Source of the DNA: Macrostomum hystrix
Lineage: Eukaryota > Animalia > Platyhelminthes
Reading direction: 5' to 3'
Assembly (NCBI GenBank): GCA_950097015.1
Contig: CATNEN010000011.1
Span: forward strand, 1,922,001-1,986,000
Length of the DNA: 64,000 bases
This document shows, in pieces, positions 14,396-27,715 of this stretch; within the stretch, counting starts at the first letter, position 1, and every line of letters begins with the position of its first letter. The position numbers and the translations under genes are program-made. Below the pieces are notes generated by a model. It made no database searches and had not been told where the DNA came from. It worked only from the letters and a program-made list of their open reading frames with translations.

Positions 14396-16048
14396 CTACC
14401 AGTTACTAAGAGGCCAGATAAATAATTTTTTTCAGGTAGAATTACTTAAAAGAAGCAATTATCGATCAATTTCGAAACTGCCTTTGATGACGCACATATT
14501 GCCGTCTTTAAAACCATAGAATTGAAATAAACAATATCTAATAGAGTAGCAGTCAAGCTTGAGTCTATAGTCCCAGACAAGTTCAGTCTCTAAGGCATGT
14601 ACTCTCTATAATTGAACTGAAAAGGCGAAAACGGCATCAAACCAGTTTTTATAGGGTGGACACTTCTTGTTTTTTATTATTTGAAAACATTTTATTGTCC
14701 AAGAAAATTTTTGTCAACAATCGCAAATAGACGCATTTTTTGGAAGAAGTTTTTAGCTAGAAGCTGTAGTTATGGACGCTTTTCTTTCGAATTATGGCCG
14801 CAACTATGCTGGACAAAATAAACACTCGAGGGTGGAGTGCTGCTCAATTATTTTACCTGCATGAAATAAAGCAATGCGCCATTTGAATAGTTTATGCAAG
14901 ATTCTATACTCGAGCTTTGCAAAGTTTCAGCATTTGATGGCGAACAATGCAAAATTAGCCAAATTGTCTTTGAATGCCAAATAGACGCAGCGCTGCAGAT
15001 CATTCATGCGTTTCAATTTTATTTTCTTTAATTGTTGCAGAAACTCCACTACATTCGATGGGCTTTTCGGAGCCTGAGCTGAATACCAAAATCTGACAAG
15101 GGGGGCACAATTATAAGAGGGTCTTATTCAGGCAACTGGACCCAACCAAGTTTGCGTTTAATTAATTCGACGAGATGGGGCAGCCAGAGGCTGGGAGGGT
15201 GGGGTTTAAGCCGTCGCATTGGATTGAATAGCTGGGTAATGTAGACGCATGGCAAGATTCTCTATTTACAATTGAAATGCAACGCGCGCCTGCATGCCGC
15301 TCATAGCAACCAATCTTCTATAGATTGTGCGTGCTTAGCAACTCAGCGAGAGACGGGCGGGGGCGAGAGAGCTCTGCAGACGCAAAACTGGTTTGAACAG
15401 GTTCTGAGTGAGGGCTTAGAGTTGTATTGAGATACGCCTATATACTGCATGCGATAGCTTTTATCTGTCTTCTATAGAGAAAAACGATTTCATTTCAGGC
15501 GCTTATAGCTCAAACTTCTCAAACTGCTTGCTTAACTTTGCTCAGGAGACTGTTTAAGCAGAGTAAGACTTAGGGTTCAACCAAGGGTCGACTGAGTTTG
15601 CGACCAAATTTAAACAAAAAATGCAACTGCGCCCATGCTGTGAAATGTGTGTAAATTCGTTAAAAGAACGTGAAAAATTGCCGATAAAGAAACGCGAAAC
15701 GTGAATCGGACTGCAACCATGTTTGAGCAATTACAGCTGTTAATCTGTACTACCCTCTCAGACTGTACTCAAATTCACCTTTCTATATTATTACTTCATT
15801 TTTGGGCCCTTCATAATCTGTTAATCAGAAAATTGTGCTTTGATAGTCGAGAGCACGATTTACAGCTCACCTTAATTTAGACATTTAAACTTGAAAACTC
15901 TCTTTTAATCTTTTAAAAATGCTTCTTTTGTCGTGTGGTGGAAAGTTGCAAAAGTATATAGTTGTGTAATTTAAACGAGCTCGTATTACAAATAAAGATG
16001 CAAAAATTTAAATCGATAATTCTAAATGGTTGTTTACAAGCATTTCTA

Positions 16049-16313
16049 GGGGGTTGTAGCCTACTGGTCAGAGCGTCGGACTCACGACTTGAAGGTCGGG
16101 GGTTCGATTCTCGACTGCACTAGACAATTTGTGTCCTTTAGCTAACTCAACTCTGCATTGCTTCAGTTCACCCAGCTGTTAAATGGGTACCAGCATCAGC
16201 TGGGGTAATTGAGGGTGGGTGTGGCGCCCCCCCAGTCCATGGACTGAACAATTGCAGCGGCTGTGCTGTAGGCTGCACATCTGGCCCAATTGGGGCAGGT
16301 GTAATCAAGTATT
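16049..16313 (+). mobile_element. tRNA-derived SINE
   Basis: A box TAGCCTACTGG (16057), B box GGTTCGATTC (16101), tRNA-like head without an acceptor 3' arm or T-run terminator; body contains CACCCAGCTGTTAAATGGGTACC, resembling the conserved central motif of Meta/V-type SINEs (from memory). Confidence 0.75.
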
Positions 16314-17733
16314 ACTAATCAATGCAAATTATATTACAAGCGCTTTTTTTAATTCTTTTAATTTCCAAAATCCTATTTGTTTGATAGGCATAACTTAAAA
16401 AGCCAACAATTTCTTCTATCGGCAAAAGAAGCATTATGCAAAAACGCATGCCAAATAGTTTCATAAAGAATTTTGGACATGCGAAAGACGTTGAAATGCT
16501 CTCTCGGCAACGGGGGTTGTTGCTGAGTCCCATAGCCAGTGTGCAGGTAGCAGAGCCGAGAAAATTTTTATAACACAGCGGGGGCCATGCATGAGAGGCT
16601 ATACGAGAAGCGAGCGGGGCTAGTTAATTCTAGCGTTGCCATTGGCAACCCGCGCGTTGCTAAGGCGAATGCGAGCGGCTAGAATTGGAATGCTTATAGC
16701 GTGGTCTCAGCTCAGCGCCATATATTGTGCGCGCGTGGGTTGAATTGAGAATGCCAGATGATGATTGAGTGGCACGAAACTACGAAACTAGTCTGAATAG
16801 ACTAATGTAAAGCTATGCCGGGGCAACATAACATAAGCAGTGCAGCTTGAGTGCTGTCACTTTATACAAGCTTCGTTTTTAGCTATCAGTTGGATGGAGC
16901 AGGCCATTGTCCCGAGATGAAAATGCGTCATCAACTCTTCTGCAGCGCTATACTGGCGCTGGTCTTCCACTGTGCCCGCAGCTCACACTATTACACCTGT
17001 ACTCAGCGGGACTAAAGAGATAAAGCTCTTGCCTTTTCTATGAGCGGCTCGTTGTCATGGGCAACTACTACCCTTTCACCCTCTTAGTGAGCCGAGCGAG
17101 TACAATGGAAATGGACGGGTGTATTAAGCCTGTCAGCCCAATGCGCATTCTCAACTCATACTCATTCCTTTCCAATCTATTCACCTGCCCTCGCAGCTAT
17201 TCTGCCTTCACAAACCCTACCTGTCCCCACCCTTTCGTTGCTAAGGCCGCGTTTCTCTCTCTCTCTCTCCCTCTCCCCACCTCTCAGGTCGCTATGGTCG
17301 ATCGACCCACCCACCGTCACCCCCACCAGCGGCCACTTCAAACTATGGCAACCGGGGAGGCTAGGGCGTAAAATGAAGAAAAACACTTCCAATGACTCTC
17401 GCTTGCTGACGCTGCATGGCCCGCAGGTAGCTGCACCACCTCAAACCCTGGGCTACTCTATTGAAGCTCTTACCTGCGTGCCTCCCCAACCCGACCACTT
17501 CTACCCACTTCTACCCCTGTAGCCGTTGCCAAGCGCTTCGCTCCTCTCCCCATCTGGTTGCTGGGCGACTCGGCGCGTCGGCGCCAACCCCGCCGAGGCG
17601 GCCGCGAGAGCATAAATGCGGAGCGCGGGGCCGGCCCAGAGGCCAACCGCTCCGGCGCTCCACTGCGAACCAAACAGCCCGTTCAGCTATAATTTGAGGC
17701 TTTCGCTTCCATTCCCAACAGCTCTCAGCCAAC

Positions 17734-19167
<1,434 letters not shown>

Positions 19168-20814
19168 ACAACTCGCTCCCAGTTGGCAACTATTGCGAAG
19201 ACCTTCAAGAAGAGCTGACATAATGATTAAATATTGGCGAACATTTTTCTAAGAAAAAGTCCAAAGCGACAATGCTAATACCAAAGCTGAAGTCTATATT
19301 GAAATTTAGTAAATAGCTTTGATGTTTAAACATCGTTGTTACTGGCGTGCCTTGTAAAACTTACACATTACATTACGACAGGGAAGGAGCTGGATTGTTT
19401 TTATTGTCAAACAAAATATATTATTTATAAATATTGTTTCTTTTTTAAATTCTTGAACTGAGAGGTTCATAATTTCAGTTTACTTAATTGTCTTTCGTGT
19501 TTCTTTTAGTTTTTTATTACGAATGATCGTCAAACAAGACAAGGTAATAACTGTTATAGCCAATCAAGTGAAGAATTCAATTTTAGTTTTGGTTGGTCAC
19601 TAAAAACTTTTGTATGCCAAAACGGAATTTGCATTTTGTCCAGATGATATACAACAGTATAAGACGATAAGCATTCGACAATCTATTCGGTAACTATATC
19701 GATTTGTCGGACTAAATTACACTTTTAAATTAGTGTGAAAAAGCCTTTCTTTATTGCTTAAAAAAACAAATTTCCATAATATGTCTAGAAAAAGCAGATC
19801 AAGATTGGAGATCTGAATTTGCATTTTCTAGGAAACAACGAGGTAGTATGAGTCAGCCTGGGCGCATTTGAACAAGAAATCAATGTAAAACGAACGCGAT
19901 CATTTCATCCTACTCGACTGCACAAAGTAGTAGTAATGCTAGGAAAAGATAGAAAAATAATTTTTTTTTATTTTGGGCAAGTTTTATAGTAAGTAATAGA
20001 TAGAATATTGAATGGTATCTGATGGAAAAACTGGAATTATGAAATAAATAGTACATAATGATGGACATAATGTCACAGATAATGTCACAAATAACACTAT
20101 TTATGTTTCCACATGCCATGTTAAAAAATAGAACTTTCATTTTTGAAGCGAATAACAAGACATAATTGAAGTCTTGAAATGAAAATTTTCATTTAAAAGC
20201 GATTTTAACATAATTGTCCTATTCCAGACACTGAATTCCTAAGAACTATATTTAGGCCCATTCGATAATTAAAACAAAATACTTTTACACAGAAAATACA
20301 AATACAAAAGTACAAAAGTAACAAAAGTGCCCGAAAGAGAATAATGTACGACCTATCATCAGAGAAAATTGTTTTCTTTTTTAAACTTTGTTCTTCAAAA
20401 AAAACAAAAGCAATTAAACAAAATGGTAATAAAGTGACAGGATGAGGAAACAAAACCACATTGATACTGAAAGCCTGACAAACAGAAAAGTAATGAGAAC
20501 CTACTTTATTCGTTAATGGATGTGTTTTATTCAAGAAAAATGCGAACATTAAATTTTCATTGTTGAAGTAAGATAGAATATGATATTCTTAAGATTAATT
20601 GTGAGTTAATATTTTATAATTACTTTCCTGGCGGGTATACAATACCAATAAAAGTAGTATGACTTGGTGAAATCGTATCTTACGATTTGATCAAGGACGA
20701 CCAAAGTAACAAATATACAGGACGCAGCACTCACGTGTTACTGTTATGTGAAATAAATTTCCATAGTAAGCTCATTTTTTACCGAAAAGTTAATCGCAAA
20801 TCTCAGAACATATT

Positions 20815-21213
20815 GTATTACTGAATTGTATTACTGAATCGTATTACTGAATTGTATTACTGAATTGTATTACTGAATTGTATTACTGAATTGTATTACT
20901 GAATTGTATTACTGAATTGTATTACTGAATTGTATTACTGAATTGTATTACAGAATTGTATTACTGAATTGTATTACAGAATTGTATTACAGAATTGTAT
21001 TACTGAATTGTATTACTGAATTGTATTACAGAATTGTATTACTGAATTGTATTACTGAATTGTATTACTGAATTGTATTACTGAATTGTATTACTGAATT
21101 GTATTACTGAATTGTATTACTGAATTGTATTACAGAATTGTATTACTGAATTGTATTACTGAATTGTATTACTGAATTGTATTACTGAATTGTATTACTG
21201 AATTGCATTACTG
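20815..21213. repeat. 13-bp minisatellite (TGAATTGTATTAC)
   Basis: Tandem units visible. Confidence 0.95.
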
Positions 21214-21665
21214 AAGTTATTTATTTATTGGACCATGCTAACGTATTATAAAAAGTGCAATATGTTAAATTGTGCATTTCTATATCGAGTGCTATAGAAT
21301 ATTTATCCGAGTATTAATATCTCTGAATAATACTTTACTTTAAGCTTATTGTTGATGCCTAGCTAACCGAAACACAGATTTACACAGTAAAGCACAATAG
21401 AATGCTCACTAGCCAATAAACTATACAGCATGTATAAATATACCTAAATGCTGGCTGTCATCAAGCTACAGGATACATTTTGAAGGTCCCAGTGAAAAGA
21501 AGTACCTTTCTAAACGCGAATCAATTAAAAAGTGAAATCATTTCGAAAAAGTGGCCCTCGAAAAAATTGTCCATATATAGATTTCGATGCTGCGCCCTTG
21601 TATTTTAATAACGCATTTGACAATCTAAATGGGAATTCGGACAATAAAACCGGGAATCGATAGGC

Positions 21666-22053
21666 CGCGGGTGGGCAAAATCCGGCCCGTGGACCAGATG
21701 TGGCCCTCGAAGCTCTCAAATCCGGCCCCTTCCGGCTCATGTATCATGTCTCATCTTTCCCCTGTCGCATCTCTCCTCGGTCTCGTCTCTCCCGTGTCTC
21801 ATCTATCCCGTGTCAAATCTCTACCGTGTCTCATCTCTCCCGCGTCCCATCTCTCCCGCGTCCCATCTCTACCGTGCCTAATCTCTCCCGTGTGTCATCT
21901 TTCCCGTGTCTTTTCTCTCATGTGTCTCATCTGCCTGTCAACTCTTCTCTGACTCATCTCTCCACTATTTAATATTTCTACAGTCAATACGGCCCGCTGT
22001 CGTATTTTAGGTTCTCTCTTTGGCCCGCTAGCTAATAAGTTTGCCGACCCCTG
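21666..22053. mobile_element. Non-autonomous hAT-type DNA transposon (MITE) with an internal CT-rich tandem repeat
   Basis: TIRs CGCGGGTGGGCAAA / TTTGCCGACCCCTG, subterminal GGCCC motifs, degenerate 8-bp TSD CGATAGGC / CGATACAC. Confidence 0.7.
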
Positions 22054-22418
22054 CGATACACATTCAAGCCAAGCAATAGACTGAGGCTGATTAGAAAGGC
22101 GCTGGCGATCCGCTACAGGAATAGGGTCACTTTCAGGTCAAAGAGAAGAAAACAGGGAAGAGAAGGGGGAGATATGAAATCGCAGTCTTGGTTAAAGTTC
22201 TGATTGCTTTTTCTCACAATTAATGTCCAAAAATTGTTGTCTATGGCCTAGCCTCCCTCTGTAGACTTTGCTAAGCTGCTTGATTCCATCGATTGGGCGC
22301 TGTCTGTGGCCTGGCTTGAATCTCAATGGCAGTCCCGTTTTGATTGTCAAAAGCGATTGGTCTCTTGGATTTGATAGAATAGCAAAAAACTATCTAGAAT
22401 TTCCATTCAGCTGACTGA

Positions 22419-24911
22419 TTAGACTACATGTGTCGCCAGCTTGTTGACCTGTTCCACCAGCGGCTGCAGAGACAAAGGATCCGGCGTCGCCATGAGCGGC
22501 AAAGCTTCGGCGACAGCGTTGCACAGCATCAGATCTTCAACCTTGCAGCTGCGGCAGCTGCAGGATCGGATCATCGCTGAAGCGGCGCGCCTTTTGCACA
22601 CGCAGTCGTTTCTGCTGCAGGGCCGATTGTCAGTCGCTGCTTTGCCTGGCCTTCGCTCCGCACTGCGTCGAGGAAACTGCCGGAGAATCGGACGAATGGC
22701 AAATAGAAACGGACGAAGTGCGCTAGCTAGGATGATCTTGTACTGCGCGTTCAGCTTGCCATTGAAGAATCCGTAGACGGTGGCATTGACGCACGGAGAC
22801 AGTTGAATGAGGACCATGCACAGTGTGTGAAAAGTCTGGTCCTGAAGCCAGGTGTCTCCGCTGGATCGCCCAGCTCGGTTGTCCTCCCCGAAGTCGGCCG
22901 TGCTGTTCAGCATCGCCTGCATCATGAGGCGCCTCTCCCAGCGTTTCCAATGCTGCCAGTTGCCATAGTCCTGGAGTGCGTTCGACACAGTGAGGGGCAG
23001 CCAGGCCAGGGCGAAGAAGCCGGCGATGACGCCGAGCAGGGTGCTGATCCGGCGCTGACGGTGCCGCTTCATCCGGGCTAGCGGGGTCTCCAAGCTAGCT
23101 GTGTCCCGGCCCTGCCAATGCCGGTGCAACTGCAGACGCTGGCGTAGTCGGCAATGAATGGCCGAATTCGAGTAGGTGATCACAATGAGAGGCAGCAGGA
23201 ACTGCACTAGCAGGGTGACAACACTGTACGTCAGTTTGGCTGTGTGATTGTTCTCGAAGCCTATAGTTGAATGGGTTGTCGGGTAGCACATCATTTGGTG
23301 ACACTAGACCCGCAGCCAGCGAGGAGGCAATTCTGCCCGTTTCGCTGACTCCTGAGCACACACGCACACATATAATGTACGCAGGCAGACACTCACACAG
23401 GTGCGTAACATCTGACATCTTTGTCATGACTCTCCGATCATGACTCTCCGATCATGAGAGAGGCAAAGGTATCAACACTCTGAAGGACAGGAAACTACGT
23501 TTCTAAGAAAAAACTGTGGAATGGTTTTCGCCGACAAGTTCATTATGGAGATAAGAAATGTCCTCTTTTTTTCTAATTGAAGTTTTGATAATGTACTTGT
23601 ATCGTTATTAGTACATTAACCCACAAGTGCAAGTTAAACCCATTTTAAACCCATACCCCCAGTGGTCTTTGGCTGTTCTTTAATGTGTGATTAAAGCTTC
23701 GGAGGTCGAGAGTGCGAAAATCTTTCTAGGAAAATCTTTTTTTACCCGACTGTGAAATGGACAATAGCTGGGGGGCGAAAGGCACCGACTTTCATGGCGA
23801 TCCCACAGTCCATGGACTGTACACTCCTCAAAGTCTCACCCTCGCTGCAGAAGTACATCGTCTTTCCGTTCCTCTCAACAGCCATGGGGTCCGGCACAGC
23901 GCTGGCGAAGAGAATCAGCGGAACGGACAGGCCGAAGGCCAGCAGCCAGACACACAGAAGCAGAAGGATCAGGAGACTGTTGCTCAGCGGTGGCTTAGTT
24001 GGGAACAGGGTGGACTGGTGGGCGGAGAATGGTTGTGGTTTGAGTATCGTTGCGTTGCAATGTTTCTTTCGAGACACCAAAAAGCATGCCATAGATTCAG
24101 TAGGTTATAAAAAACTGAGTTGTTAATAAAAACTCATAATAAGAGAGTCTTAATCAGATGATCGGAGAAAGTCATGATCGGAGAGTCATGATCGGAGAGA
24201 GTCATGATCGGAGAGAGTCATGATCGGAGAGAGTCATGATCGGAGAGAGTCATGATTGGAGAGAGTCATGATCGGAGAGTCATGATCTGATGTCATGATT
24301 TGAGAGTCATGATCGAAGAGAGTCATGATCGGAGAGTCGTGCTCGGATAGAGTCACGATCGGAGAGAGTCATGATTGGATATGGTGTGTTCAGCGCCGCT
24401 GTCTCACCCGCATTCTGTCTAGCGCGATGGCTGCAATAGAGAAGGTCGTAGCGAACATGTTAAGGCCGGTGGCACAATTGACGAGCTTGCAGGCCCAGGT
24501 GCCGAGACTCCAGCCACCGTATCGCTGCCAGAGTCTAACTAGGCCGAATGGCTGGGTGAATAAGCACAGGATGATGTCCGAGATCGCCAGGTTCACAACG
24601 AAACAGATTCTGTTCCACTGTAGATTAGGGCACAGTTTGACAGACACAAGCAGCATAATGTTGCCAATTGCACCGAATCCGATGAGTAACACCTGTACTA
24701 CTGTCAGGATCACCAGCGTTGAATAGATTCGATAGTTGTCACGATTGAATTGTTCAAATTTTTGTTTAAACAGCCAAGACTTATTGTTACACTGCAGATA
24801 GTTGTAAAGTACGCTAACATGATTTGGAGATGGCGCCAAAGTTGGTAGCGAGCAGTTGTAACCGAAACTTCTGCTAATAGCCTGCTGCAGCGTCAGCAGC
24901 ATCGCTTCCAT
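22419..24911 (-). CDS. Class A neuropeptide GPCR, NPY/NPF-receptor-like (exons 24911-24408, 24014-23840, 23260-22419)
   Basis: Seven TM segments with GN (TM1), NLAISDIILCLFTQPF (TM2), CK..ALDRM (TM3), VW..SVP (TM4), QFLLPL (TM5), FALAWLPL (TM6), CVNATVYGFFN (TM7); splice phases keep the frame. Confidence 0.88.
23304..23420 (-). mobile_element. Truncated SINE (family A) in GPCR intron 2
   Basis: Near-identical to 48222-48300 (CTAGACCCGCAGCCAGCGAGGAGGCAATTCTGCCCGTTTCGCTGACTCCTG). Confidence 0.75.
24159..24376. repeat. 14/16-bp minisatellite (TCATGATCGGAGAG(AG)) in GPCR intron 1
   Basis: Tandem units visible; an inverted short copy lies at 23424-23457. Confidence 0.9.
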
Positions 24912-24964
24912 GTTGAGCTGGCAGAAAAATAGAAGACACAGGCATTCTTAATTCTGCAAGGTGA

Positions 24965-25590
24965 TGACCCTGACAGAAGCACTAGTGTTATTGCACAATG
25001 ACCCTGACAGAAGCACTAGTGTTATTGCACAATGACCCTGATGGAAGCCAGGGTGTTATTGCACAATGACCCTGATGGAAGCCAGGGTGTTATTGCACAA
25101 TGACCCTGATGGAAGCCAGGGTGTTATTGCACAATGACCCTGACAGAAGCACTAGTGTTATTGTACAATGACCCTGATAAAAGCCAGGGTGTTATTGCAC
25201 AATGACCCTGACAGAAGCACTAGTGTTATTGTACAATGACCCTGATAAAAGCCAGGGTGTTATTGCACAATGACCCTGACAGAAGCACTAGTGTTATTGT
25301 ACAATTGCCCTGATAAAAGCCAGGGTGTTATTGCACAATGACCCTGACAGAAGCACTAGTGTTATTGTACAATGACCCTGATGGAAGCCAGGGTGTTATT
25401 GCACAATGACCCTGATGGAAGCCAGGGTGTTATTGCACAATGACCCTGATAAAAGCCAGGGTGTTATTGCACAATGACCCTGACAGAAGCACTAGTGTTA
25501 TTGTACAATGACCCTGATGGAAGCCAGGGTTTTATTGCACAATGACCCTGATGGAAGCCAGGGTGTTATTGCACAATGACCCTGATGGAA
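24965..25590. repeat. 34-bp minisatellite with two interleaved variants (GTGTTATTGCACAATGACCCTGATGGAAGCCAGG / ...GACAGAAGCACTA)
   Basis: Head-to-tail units with no spacers. Confidence 0.95.
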
Positions 25591-27497
25591 GTCGGACAAT
25601 ATTATAAAAAAACGAATAATTTATGCTCGCCTTAGTTATTCTATCATAAAATAGTGTAACATAGAGACGTGTTTACGTAACTTTTTTGCTTCCAGACGAC
25701 AGGTAAGAAGGTATATTGACACTTATTGCGTCCAATCTTGAAATCAGAGACTTGAGATTTGGCACGTGGCACAGGCAGAGGGGATGCATGAGGCAGGTCT
25801 GATTGGGAATTAAGTATTTTAAGTTGGTCAATGGCAGACTCGGGCCTATCCAGAAATCCCAAACCGGATATTGGATGACTTAACTGAGATAAATCACTGA
25901 GACGGCATACGACCCGCATAGTGACTTCACACACCTAAATATCCCGTATTCAATCCCATTGAAAACTAAAAACACTTCGGTATCCTTCTGTGAAAGTTCC
26001 AAACGATAATCTGAAAACGTTTTTGAGAATATTAGTTTTCTTGTTCTAAAACTCTTAGACCAGCAGCAGCAGGTTGACCACGTGACGCGGAGGATATCCG
26101 CCAAAAATATTTTTTCACCCAGACTCAGTGCCCAATTGCCCAATGTCTAGCCGGTTGAGCACAGTGTTAGGCTTAAAAAACGAGAATTTTACTCACTCAA
26201 AATGTGTCCGAGCTTTCCTGCTTCTTCAGATTATTTCTAGTCGAGGCGGTTTTACTCAAACACAGCCTGCTGACTGCTGCTGCTGCTGCTGATGCTGCTG
26301 CTGCTGCTGCTGCTGCGGCACATTAAATGGGAAAATTTGCGGGGCTAAAGACTGGAAAAGCTCAACGAATCCTTAGCCGCCATTGGCTGCAGCTATGACT
26401 TACCTGTCCTGAGCATGCCACCTAAGCACCGCTCATCCCTACAGTCACACTCACTCAGTCACTGAGTGCTGCCTGCGAAATTAATGCACCCTCTTTTTCA
26501 TTCTCTCTTTAATACTTTAACCTCGATTTATTTTTCTATATTTCATCTCTATTCCATATCTCATCTCTATTTCATATCTCATATCTATTCCATATCTCAT
26601 ATCTATTCCATATCTCATATCTATTTCATATCTCATCGCCAGCCTAGTCTTAAATACCTCATCCTATATTTAATCTCCCAGGGAATACAAAATAATGTAG
26701 AATCTTATCTGCCCCATCAATGTCGAACCCAGTATCGATACAGGAAACTCATATTGTTATTGTTATTACCGAGCTCAGATTGCTAATCTAGTATTGTCAA
26801 TTCCCTTTCTCTCCCAAACCGGTGCTTTTGTTTCAAAATCTTATTAACGGCCCACTTTTTAATAATAAAAAACCATCGTCCGCATATTCGATCAGCCGTG
26901 TAGCGAAATGTAACTCGACGCCATCGACGAGCAAAGAAGGAGCGCACAAGCAGATGGCAGAGCGGCGACTGACGACATTTAATTATAGAGCAGGGCAGCA
27001 GCAGCAGGAAGAGATGCTTTAATCTGCAACAGCTTCGTGCGATTTTATCAAGGAAATACCGGAATCCAGTGTAGCATGCAAACCGGACTGGGCTGGATTA
27101 GCTGAGCCACCTCACGCACCTGTTTAATCCTGGGAATTAGCTCCCAGATTCATCTTAAGGTGCTGAAGGACTTGCTAAACTAAGAATAGAAAACAAATTG
27201 TAGCGGTAGTCACTCTTTGGTCCGAAAAACAGAGCTCAATGCGACTATCAGATGTAGAATGTAGCTAACCTGCTGAGAACACTGCCTAATTATGGTAGCG
27301 AATTGAGAAACTACTCAGTAGCTACTAATGAGATGCACACTAAAGTACATGTTAATGCTTGGTTATACAAGGAAGCTTGTAGCGTATCTATCTATCTATA
27401 ATCATCCCTACATTGCATGCGATAATTTATGGCGGGAGTAATAATTCAGATTTTTGCAGGTGAGCTGAAGGCACTGGCATATTTTTTTCGTGACAAT

Positions 27498-27715
27498 GGA
27501 GGCAATTCTGCCCATTTCGCTGACTCCTGAGCAAACAGTACGCCAGTAGATCTAGTTACACACAGGCACACGCGTACACAGGTATGTACATCAGTCCTGA
27601 CTTTCTCATCGTCAGGCAGTGTACACTTTCACTTTACCTTGGAGGTTGGCCCTCAATGGGCGCGACAAGACCCTGAGCCTTCTTTCCGCGGCTGCGCCCC
27701 AACTAAACGCGGAAT
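27498..27715 (-). mobile_element. Diverged SINE (family A) copy, truncated at its B-box region
   Basis: Shares GGAGGCAATTCTGCCC.TTTCGCTGACTCCTG, CCTGACTTTCTCAT.GTCAGG.AGTGTACACT, CCTTGG.GGTTGGCC and CGCGGAATC with the 48.2-kb copy. Confidence 0.7.

Larger units (their letters stand above)
13310..17065. promoter_or_regulatory. RFX X-box-like motifs in the divergent tubulin promoter region (13310-13322, 16635-16649, 17051-17065, plus half-sites)
   Basis: GTTGCTAAACAAC, the perfect palindrome GTTGCC-ATT-GGCAAC, and GTTGTC-ATG-GGCAAC match the GTNRCC-N(0-3)-RGYAAC X-box consensus closely. Confidence 0.55.

Noticed and set aside
16049-16125. tRNA genes (also 48390-48456, 42620-42688)
   Set aside because: A/B boxes are present but there is no complete acceptor stem or terminator, and the sequence continues into dispersed SINE bodies.
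24965-25590. CRISPR-like array (34-bp period; also the 41-bp array at 46 kb)
   Set aside because: Units are head-to-tail with no unique spacers, there are no cas genes, and the context is eukaryotic.
25644-26143. Two short minus-strand ORFs, possibly gene or TE fragments
   Set aside because: No recognisable motif or consistent splice chain; cannot be supported without a database search.
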